This document shows, one piece after another, positions 10,144 to 17,753 of a stretch of DNA of 59,493 bases. A program made the translations under genes and the position numbers. The notes below the pieces were generated by a model. The model was not told where the DNA came from and did not search any database. It was given only the letters and a program-made list of their open reading frames with translations. Source of the stretch: Alphaproteobacteria bacterium. GTDB taxonomy: Bacteria > Pseudomonadota > Alphaproteobacteria > Micropepsales > Micropepsaceae. Location of the stretch: positions 1-59,493 of the forward strand of contig DAIDUA010000034.1 in the NCBI GenBank assembly GCA_027456965.1, read 5' to 3'. How positions within the stretch are numbered: the first letter of the stretch is position 1; each line of letters opens with the position of its first letter.

Positions 10144-11442
10144 ATGGCGAAAGACCGGAGACCATTGGCGCAGGAGGCAATCGAGAGCCACAACGCGCGA
10201 CATCTCGAGGCGATACGGGACGATTATGAATCGCTGGGCCGCACGCTCTCCCGCCGCAACATCGACATCGACGCCATCAAGGAACGAGTCGGCAAATTCT
10301 CGGTCGCCCTGCCCAGTTGGGGTGTAGGCGTCGGCGGCACGCGATTCGCCCGCTTTCCGATTCCCGGCGAACCGACCAACCTCGATGAAAAGCTCGTCGA
10401 TTGCGCCGTGGTACAGCAACTGTGCCGCATCACGCCCCGCGTCTCCCTGCATTTTCCCTGGGACCGCACCGATGATCCCCAAGGCCTGCGTGAAGACGCG
10501 AGCGAACTGGGTCTGGGCTTCGACGCCGTCAACTCAAACACCTTCCAGGATCAACCCAATCAGCCGCTGAGCTACCGTCACGGCAGCCTTACCGCGACCA
10601 GCGGCGCGGTGCGCGACCAGGCGATCCGCCACAATATCGACTGCATCCGCATCGGGCAGAAACTCGGCTCCAAGGCGCTGACCTTGTGGATCGGCGATGG
10701 CACGAATTTCCCCGGCCAGCAGAGCCTACGAGATTCGCTCGAACGCTATCTGGAGAGCGCACGCGCAATTTACGCCGAGCTGCCGGCCGACTGGCTGCTG
10801 CTGATCGAGCATAAGCTCTATGAACCGGCCTTCTATTCGACCGTCATCTCGGATTGGGGCACGAGCGTTCTCGCCGCCAAGGAACTTGGACCGAAGGCGA
10901 AGTGTCTCGTCGATCTCGGGCACCACGCGCCCAACGTCAACATCGAGCAAATCGTGGCGCGCTTGAACCGCTTCGGGAAACTCGGCGGCTTCCATTTCAA
11001 CGACAGCAAATACGGCGACGACGACCTCGATTCAGGCTCCATCAATCCGCACCAGCTCTTCCTCGTCTTCAATGAGCTGATGGAGGCGGAGCGCGCCAAT
11101 CCCGACGGCTTCAATCCGGCTTACATGATTGACCAGTCGCACAACGTCACCGATCCCATCGAAAGCATGCTGTCGAGCGCCGAAGCGATTGCGGGCGCTT
11201 TCGCGCGCGCGCTAATCGTCGATCGCGGGGCCCTGGAGACCTATCGCGAACAGAACGACGTCATGCAGGCGTTCCAGGCGCTGCGCCGGGCCTACAACAC
11301 GGACGTGTCGCCCATCCTGGCGATGGCGCGGATCGAGGCCGGAGGCGCAGCCGATCCCATCCTCATGTATCGCGAATCGGAATGGCGCCCGCGCAAGGCA
11401 CAGGAGCGCAAGCGGCCGCAAGGAGGCGCCGGCATCGTGTGA
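10144..11442 (+). CDS. rhaI: L-rhamnose isomerase (Pseudomonas stutzeri/rhizobial RhaI type)
   Basis: PSWGVGVGGTRFARFP, LHFPWD, NSNTFQDQ, WIGDGTNFPGQ, EHKLYEPAFYST, DLGHH, HFNDSKYGDDDL, DQSHNVTDPIES. Confidence 0.93.
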   Translation: MAKDRRPLAQEAIESHNARHLEAIRDDYESLGRTLSRRNIDIDAIKERVGKFSVALPSWGVGVGGTRFARFPIPGEPTNLDEKLVDCAVVQQLCRITPRVSLHFPWDRTDDPQGLREDASELGLGFDAVNSNTFQDQPNQPLSYRHGSLTATSGAVRDQAIRHNIDCIRIGQKLGSKALTLWIGDGTNFPGQQSLRDSLERYLESARAIYAELPADWLLLIEHKLYEPAFYSTVISDWGTSVLAAKELGPKAKCLVDLGHHAPNVNIEQIVARLNRFGKLGGFHFNDSKYGDDDLDSGSINPHQLFLVFNELMEAERANPDGFNPAYMIDQSHNVTDPIESMLSSAEAIAGAFARALIVDRGALETYREQNDVMQAFQALRRAYNTDVSPILAMARIEAGGAADPILMYRESEWRPRKAQERKRPQGGAGIV

Positions 11443-11514
11443 TACCGTGGCGCAAGGCGTGCACCTTGACATTTTTCCGGCAAAGAGAAGGCTCTTGTGC
11501 ATATGAGGATGAAA

Positions 11515-12312
11515 ATGCACGCGACTGAGCGGGACCGAGTCATTTTGAATCTTCTTGACGAGCGGGAGTTCGTGTCCTTCCGCGAGCTGTCACGTCGGCT
11601 GTCCGCCTCCCCTGCCACCCTGCGCCGGGACCTTGAACGGCTGCAACTGGACGGGAAGTTGGTCCGTGTGCGCGGCGGGGCTCAACCGAGCACCGAGACG
11701 GACCATCTGGGCGGTCTTCAACTGCAGGGCGTTCCCTTTCACGAAAACGTCAACCGCAACCGAGCGGCCAAGGAAGCGATCGGCAAGGCCGCCTCCGAGC
11801 TGTGTCGGCCGGGCGATGCCGTGATCATCGACGGCGGCAGCACGACCTTCCAGATGTGCCCTTATCTGGGGCCGTTGGGCCTGCAAGTGCTGACGAACTC
11901 GCTGCACATCGTAAGCGTACTTTTGGCGCAGCCCGGCACGCGCGTCTCGATCCCGGGAGGCGTGGTGTTCCGCGAACAGAACATCGTGCTGGATCCGTTC
12001 GACGATACGACAACCCAGAAGTTCCATGCATCGCGCATGTTTGTCGGCGCGGCGGCGGTGACGCGTCACGGATTGATGCAGAGCGATATCATCCTGGTGC
12101 AGGCGGAGCGGAAACTGCTGAGCCTAGCCGATGAATTGATTGTACTGGTCGACAGCAGCAAATTTCACGCCTCAGCAGCCCATCTGTTGTGCGAACTTTC
12201 CCACGTGCACGCCTTGATCACGGACGACGGGATCGACGACGACGCCGCCGGGATGCTGGAACGCGCCGGCATCAAACTCATCACCGTAGACGTCAGGCGC
12301 GCCGGCAGATAG
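11515..12312 (+). CDS. DeoR/GlpR family regulator (RhaR type)
   Basis: MHATERDRVIL...SPATLRRDL..L...RVRGGA HTH; IIDGGSTT, TNS, LVDSSKF. Confidence 0.9.
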   Translation: MHATERDRVILNLLDEREFVSFRELSRRLSASPATLRRDLERLQLDGKLVRVRGGAQPSTETDHLGGLQLQGVPFHENVNRNRAAKEAIGKAASELCRPGDAVIIDGGSTTFQMCPYLGPLGLQVLTNSLHIVSVLLAQPGTRVSIPGGVVFREQNIVLDPFDDTTTQKFHASRMFVGAAAVTRHGLMQSDIILVQAERKLLSLADELIVLVDSSKFHASAAHLLCELSHVHALITDDGIDDDAAGMLERAGIKLITVDVRRAGR

Positions 12313-12323
12313 AGGCAGCACGC

Positions 12324-13712
12324 TCACGGCAGTATCTTGCCGGGGTTCATGATGTTCCGCGGATCCAGCGCGGCTTTGACGGCGGCCATGACCGGCACCG
12401 CATCGGCCAGTTCTTCACGCAGCAGGTCGCGCTTTCCCATGCCGACCCCGTGTTCGCCCGTGCAGGTGCCATCCATCGAGATCGCGAGACGCGCCATGCG
12501 GTGGTGCAAGGCTTCCGCTTCCTCGACGTCTTGCGGCCGTTCCGGATCGACCAGTATGAAGGCATGGAAATTCCCATCGCCGACGTGGCCGGCAATCGTC
12601 GACCTCAGAGACGACCCATCCAGATATTCGCGCGCCTTGAGCAGGCAATCCGCCAGGCGCGAGACCGGAACGCAGACGTCGGTGATCAGCACCCGCCTGT
12701 TGGGAACAAGCGCCCTTGTCGCGTAGAGCGCGTTGTGCCGCGCCCGCCAGAGCGCCGAGCGTTCCTCAGGCGACGACGCGGACGCGGCGATGCGGCCGCG
12801 GTGCGCGGCGCAAATATCCTCGAAAAGCGCGAACTGTTCCTTGACCTGCGATTCCATGCCGTGGAATTCGAGAAAGAGCGTAGGCGCCTCCGGATACGCG
12901 GCCCTCTCGAAGCGGTTGATCGCCCCCATCATAGGAGCATCGAGGAATTCGATGCGGGCGACGTCCAGGCCGTATTGAATGGTCGCCATGGAGGCCTTCA
13001 CGGCGTCTCCCACCTCGTCGAAGACGCACACGACCGCGATCGTGTGGTCCGGAACGGGGTATATCCGCAGCGTTACTTCGGTGATGATCCCGAGGGTGCC
13101 TTCCGAGCCGACCAGCAGCGCCGTCAAATCGTACCCGGCGGCGCTTTTCGGCGCGCTGCGAGCTGTACGAACAATACGCCCGTCGGCGAGCACAACCGTG
13201 CATCCCAACACATTGTCGCGCATCGTGCCGTAGCGCACGGCGTTGGTTCCGGACGCGCGGGTGGCGGCCATGCCGCCCAGCGTCGCATCGGCGCCCGGAT
13301 CGATCGGAAAGAAGAGCCCCGTACTCCTGAGGCCGGTGTTCAACTGGATGCGCCGCACGCCGGCCTGTACCGTCACACGGAAATCCTCCGGCCGCATGCT
13401 CAAGATTTCGGTCATCTGCGAAAGATCGATGCAGACGCCGCCGTTGACCGCCAGCGCGTTGCCTTCAAGCGAGGTTCCGGCGCCCCACGGCACGATCGCA
13501 CAGTCGGCCGCCGCGCACGCCGACACGATCTGGGCGACTTCGCCCGTATTGCGCGGAGTGGCGACCAAATCCGGCGCACAGGCCGCATGGTAACCTTCGT
13601 CGTGCGCGTGATGCTGGCGCACCGACAACCCATCGGTGACACGGTCACCGACGATGCCGGCCAAGGATGTTTTCAGCTCAGACAGTTCCGCCTTCGAAAG
13701 ACTGTGCACCAT
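12324..13712 (-). CDS. FAD-linked oxidase, D-lactate dehydrogenase (cytochrome)/GlcD-like
   Basis: GAGTSLEG, FPIDPGADATLGGM..TRASGTNAVRYG, GSEGTLGII, GHVGDGNFH, TGEHGVG.GK, NPGK. Confidence 0.88.
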   Translation of the reverse strand: MVHSLSKAELSELKTSLAGIVGDRVTDGLSVRQHHAHDEGYHAACAPDLVATPRNTGEVAQIVSACAAADCAIVPWGAGTSLEGNALAVNGGVCIDLSQMTEILSMRPEDFRVTVQAGVRRIQLNTGLRSTGLFFPIDPGADATLGGMAATRASGTNAVRYGTMRDNVLGCTVVLADGRIVRTARSAPKSAAGYDLTALLVGSEGTLGIITEVTLRIYPVPDHTIAVVCVFDEVGDAVKASMATIQYGLDVARIEFLDAPMMGAINRFERAAYPEAPTLFLEFHGMESQVKEQFALFEDICAAHRGRIAASASSPEERSALWRARHNALYATRALVPNRRVLITDVCVPVSRLADCLLKAREYLDGSSLRSTIAGHVGDGNFHAFILVDPERPQDVEEAEALHHRMARLAISMDGTCTGEHGVGMGKRDLLREELADAVPVMAAVKAALDPRNIMNPGKILP

Positions 13713-13732
13713 GTCCTGGCCTGCAACGCCGC

Positions 13733-14836
13733 CTAACGACCCGCGCCCGCCGCCTCATTCCAAGGCCGCGAACGCGCAACCGATATCCCGCGCATATCAT
13801 TCGGCCATTTGCCGGACACGGCGCAGTAGAAATGATAGAGATCGCCGCGGTGGGAGATCAAGGACGGCTTATGCGCATAGTCCTCGTCGATCGAGCCCGG
13901 CGGGCCGACATCGACCATGATTTCCGGCACTTTCGTGAAATGATAAGGATCGTCCCCCAGAGCCAAGAGATCACGCGCCCTGCCCTTGGAGGATAGGCCG
14001 TAATAATAGAGCGCCCACAATTTTCCGTAGCGCACCACAGCCGGGTCGCTCACGAACCGCGCATCCCACGAGCCTTCCGGTCCATTGCGCAATATCGGGT
14101 TCCCGGGATAGCGCGTCCAGGTCATCAGGTCCGTCGAGGTGGCCAGCCCAATCTGTTCGTGCCAATCCCGGGCGGCATCGTTCTTGGCATTATAGAAGAG
14201 ATAATAAGTGTCGCCGTCTTTGAGGAGGTATGGCTTGTACAAGCCGCCGCGTTCCCATGCGGCCCCATCCTCAGGCGTAAGGATCGGGTCCGTGCGCTTC
14301 CAGTGATGGAAGTCGTCACTCCATGCCAGACCAATGACCGCCGGCCCCTGCTCGTAGCCTTCATTCGGATAGGCATGCCAGGCGCCCAGATATCGCCCGC
14401 CCACTTTCGTCAACGGCGCAGACGATTGCAGATCGTTGTCGCGCAAGATGCACATCAGCGCGATGTTGTAGCGTGTGATCACCGAGCTCGGATCGCGGGC
14501 CATGATCAACCCGACGCGGCGCCAATTGACCAGGTCGTCGGACTCCGCCAGACCGGTCTGATAGCCGATGCCGTCAAATCCGACATAGGTCATATAAAAA
14601 CGGCCATCGGCCGAAAAGACGAACGGGCAATCGACGGAATGCCAGTCGAAGCTGTTCGGCACGTCCGATCGCTGGAGCACGAGCTTGTTGTATTTATAAG
14701 GCGTGCGGAACGGCGCCAGATCTTCCGGCAACGCCGCCTCGGCCGCCGCGCCGCGGGCGGGCGCAAAGGCATTCGCTGCGAATGCCGCGCCCGCCGCCAA
14801 AATGCCACGCCGTGTCGCGAACAAACCTTCGGGCAT
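13733..14836 (-). CDS. Tat-exported five-bladed beta-propeller glycoside hydrolase, GH137-like (beta-L-arabinofuranosidase)
   Basis: Tat motif TRRGILAAG. TPYKY, VDCP.VF, YMTY, GY.T.LA.SDDL, W.RYPGNP, AHK, YHFYCAV match my recollection of the GH137 domain of B. thetaiotaomicron BT0996; no alignment run. Confidence 0.68.
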   Translation of the reverse strand: MPEGLFATRRGILAAGAAFAANAFAPARGAAAEAALPEDLAPFRTPYKYNKLVLQRSDVPNSFDWHSVDCPFVFSADGRFYMTYVGFDGIGYQTGLAESDDLVNWRRVGLIMARDPSSVITRYNIALMCILRDNDLQSSAPLTKVGGRYLGAWHAYPNEGYEQGPAVIGLAWSDDFHHWKRTDPILTPEDGAAWERGGLYKPYLLKDGDTYYLFYNAKNDAARDWHEQIGLATSTDLMTWTRYPGNPILRNGPEGSWDARFVSDPAVVRYGKLWALYYYGLSSKGRARDLLALGDDPYHFTKVPEIMVDVGPPGSIDEDYAHKPSLISHRGDLYHFYCAVSGKWPNDMRGISVARSRPWNEAAGAGR

Positions 14837-14930
14837 TGTTCTTCCTGCCAAAGCGCGCCCAAGAAAAATCCCGGCGACTCGCAGGATAAGCGAGCCGCCG
14901 AGCAAGGGAGAGGGACGCTAGAACTGCCAG

Positions 14931-17546
14931 CTACATCTTGTACCGCACGCCCACGATGATCTGGCGACCATCCTTCCAGTAGTTCGCGGGGGAATAAGTA
15001 TAGCTGAAGTAGGTATGCTGCACCGTGTCGAGCAGGTTTACGCCCTGCAGGTACACAGAGAACTGATCGTCGACGTCGTAGTTGACCGAGCCATCCAGCC
15101 AACCGTAAGGCGCCTGCCGCTCAGGGATGTTGCCTCCTCCGAGACCGGTGTAGAGCGCCTGGAGGAAGTTGCTGCGCCAAGTGTAGGCCAAGCGCACAGA
15201 GACCGGCTTCAGGTCGTACATGCCTATGATCGTGAAGCTGTGGCGCGAGAGGTTAGGCAAGGTCGTCGTCGCCGTCAGCTTGCTGCCGATATAATAAGGC
15301 TGGGTGCTGTCCACATAGGTGTAGTTGGCTTGCAGCCCCAAGCCTTTCCAAATGCCCGGCAGGAAGTCGTAGAACTGCGAATAGCCGAGCTCGAAGCCCT
15401 TGATGGTGCCGCCGGTCGTGCTCGCCAGCTGTTCGCTGATCGTATAGACCGTGCCGTTGAAGGTCTCCTGAGAGGTCGTGCTGTAAGGGAAGTTGTGCAC
15501 CGACTTGATGAATCCATCGATGAACACCGCACCGCCCTTAGCGAAGTAATCTTCGAGCGATATGTCATAGTTGGACGCATACATTGCCGGCAGGTTGATG
15601 TTGCCCTTATACCCGCTGAGGCTACCCGAAATAAGGACTGTGTCCGGGTTCATCGCGCTGAAGTCCGGCCGCGTCATCGTCCTGGACGCCGCGAAGCGAA
15701 GCTGCAGCTGATCATTGAAGTGGAACCGCAGGTTCATGCTCGGCAGGACGTCGGTATGGTCCGTATGATACGTGATCGGTGTTTGGGTCGAGCCGCTGCT
15801 CAACGTCCCCGTCGCCGAGCGATTGGTATTAACAACCCGCAGGCCGAAATTGCCGTCCAAGCTGCCCAGGTCCATCTTCGCCTCGGCATAGCCGTCCGTC
15901 AGACGTTCGGATATGCCGTACCGGTTCGTCAGCGCGAACTGAGGCGTCTGGGGGGCATTGAAGAGCACGCCTTCGTCGGCAAAATTGGCGCGCAGGATGT
16001 CGGGCTTGTATACCCAGAAATTCGTCGTCTGAACGATCGTGCCCGCGAAGTTACCCGTATCGATCAACTGGAAGTAATTCGGATAAGCCGAGGGGGTCTG
16101 GTTGGGCGCCGTCACGCTGTAGCCGCCGGTCTGGTTGTAGACCGCGTCGTGATCGGAGTAACGGAAACCGAAGTCGAACTCGTCGAACGGCCCCACCTTG
16201 TGCACCCACTGAGCGTCCATTTTCGCGGCCGTGTTCTGCGCCGAGTAGCGTTGTTGCGTGTAGGAAATGCTCCCGGAATTGTAGTTGCTCAAATTCGTCA
16301 GATCCGGCCCGGTGAACGTGACCGCCGGCACGGGGCCGGTAAGGTCATAGTTCATGGTTTCGCCACCCACTTCCATCAACCCGTAAGCGACGTTCAGCAG
16401 ATAGCTAGAGTGTTGCCAGTTCACGCTGCCGGTGACGTTCAAATCACTGGTCGGATGCCACTTGGTGCCGACCGTGTAATCCTGATTGACCTCCGTGCTG
16501 TCGCGCGCGCCCATGACCGAGGTGAAGCCGTAATAGGCAAACGGCCCTATCGGACCGAAAGACCCCTTCGCCATGTAGTTTGTGCCAGGGAAGAGCGTAT
16601 AGGTTCCAGGAACCACAAGGGTGTCGGCACCGAAACCGGCCGTGTAAGTTGGCTGATTCTGGTAGGTTGCCAAACGGGTGTAATTGGCCTCAGCGTAGAA
16701 CTCAAGTCGGTCGCTCGGCCGCCATTGAAACGCGGCGTTGAGGCCCTCGCGCGGACGACTGGCACGGAAATCGCTCGTATAAACGCCGTTCGGCGTTACG
16801 ATCGTCTGGCCAGGGATGGCAAGTGTGTTGTTAGAAGGGCTACCGGCGGAGGCGTAGTCTTCCCGCACCGCGCGGTCCTGATAGGAAATGTCGATCAGAG
16901 CGCCCATCTCGCCAATGCTGGTGCTCCAACGATCACTTAGCAGCACCGAACCGGAAGGACGGGCCGCGCCGACCAGATCGCCGTAGTTCATTGATGCGTT
17001 GGCAACCACCTCCGCTCCACTGAAGTCGAACGGCTTGAGCGTGCGGATATTGATCAGACCGCCCAGTCCGCCCTCGTCGAGATTGGCCGCCGACGATTTA
17101 TAGACGTCGATGCCAGCGACCATTTCGGCGGGCATGTCCTCGACGTCATAGGTGCGAAAGCCGGATGCCGTGAGCACTTCGTGGCCGTTGACCGTCGTCT
17201 CCACCTGCTGCAAGCCGCGGATGGCGATGCCCGAGCCTTGGTTCTGGCCAGCGCCGCCCTCGCCGAAGTCGCGCTTGATCTGTATGCCGCTGATGCGCTG
17301 AAGGGCATCGGCAACGGTCGTGTCAGGCAGTTTGCCGATGTCCTCGGCGACGATCGAATCCACGATCTCGCCCGAATTCTCCTTAATCGCCAGTGCGGAC
17401 TCTAAGCTCGCGCGCACGCCCGTCACGACCACGGTTTCCACCGCGTTCGAGCCCGTTTGACCGGCAGTCTGAGCGGCCGCCGGCATCGCTGTCGCCATCC
17501 CCGCGACCATGGCTACGCCAGTAAGCAATTGGAACTTCAACTTCAT
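14931..17546 (-). CDS. TonB-dependent receptor (carbohydrate-associated type)
   Basis: Signal peptide, TonB box ETVVVTG, plug AEDIGKLPD..ADALQRISG, SRTMTRPDF, GFELGY, NYTY, C-terminal IVGVRYKM; GGAGGT RBS before ATG 17546. Confidence 0.95.
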   Translation of the reverse strand: MKLKFQLLTGVAMVAGMATAMPAAAQTAGQTGSNAVETVVVTGVRASLESALAIKENSGEIVDSIVAEDIGKLPDTTVADALQRISGIQIKRDFGEGGAGQNQGSGIAIRGLQQVETTVNGHEVLTASGFRTYDVEDMPAEMVAGIDVYKSSAANLDEGGLGGLINIRTLKPFDFSGAEVVANASMNYGDLVGAARPSGSVLLSDRWSTSIGEMGALIDISYQDRAVREDYASAGSPSNNTLAIPGQTIVTPNGVYTSDFRASRPREGLNAAFQWRPSDRLEFYAEANYTRLATYQNQPTYTAGFGADTLVVPGTYTLFPGTNYMAKGSFGPIGPFAYYGFTSVMGARDSTEVNQDYTVGTKWHPTSDLNVTGSVNWQHSSYLLNVAYGLMEVGGETMNYDLTGPVPAVTFTGPDLTNLSNYNSGSISYTQQRYSAQNTAAKMDAQWVHKVGPFDEFDFGFRYSDHDAVYNQTGGYSVTAPNQTPSAYPNYFQLIDTGNFAGTIVQTTNFWVYKPDILRANFADEGVLFNAPQTPQFALTNRYGISERLTDGYAEAKMDLGSLDGNFGLRVVNTNRSATGTLSSGSTQTPITYHTDHTDVLPSMNLRFHFNDQLQLRFAASRTMTRPDFSAMNPDTVLISGSLSGYKGNINLPAMYASNYDISLEDYFAKGGAVFIDGFIKSVHNFPYSTTSQETFNGTVYTISEQLASTTGGTIKGFELGYSQFYDFLPGIWKGLGLQANYTYVDSTQPYYIGSKLTATTTLPNLSRHSFTIIGMYDLKPVSVRLAYTWRSNFLQALYTGLGGGNIPERQAPYGWLDGSVNYDVDDQFSVYLQGVNLLDTVQHTYFSYTYSPANYWKDGRQIIVGVRYKM

Positions 17547-17580
17547 CGATACCTCCCTGCATACCGCACGATCAGCGGCG

Positions 17581-17620
17581 TTCATTATTATTCAGATTCA
17601 GTCATTATTTGTCATATTAA
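17581..17620 (-). promoter_or_regulatory. Four 10-bp-period repeats upstream of the TBDR, candidate operator
   Basis: TTCATTATTA / TTCAGATTCA / GTCATTATTT / GTCATATTAA; TCA at 17582, 17592, 17602 and 17612. Confidence 0.55.
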
Positions 17621-17753
17621 TGGCGTGAACAATCACCTCTGACAAGCAAAAGATTTCACAATTTGGGAAAGCGTCTTATGTTTTTCGATCGTTGTGGCTT
17701 TTGGGTCGCGCCTCCGAACTGGCCCACAATTACGTCCAGATAGGAAGAAAGCA

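Noticed and set aside
11466-11495. TTGACA -35 box upstream of the DeoR gene
   Set aside because: No credible -10 element at 16-18 bp spacing.
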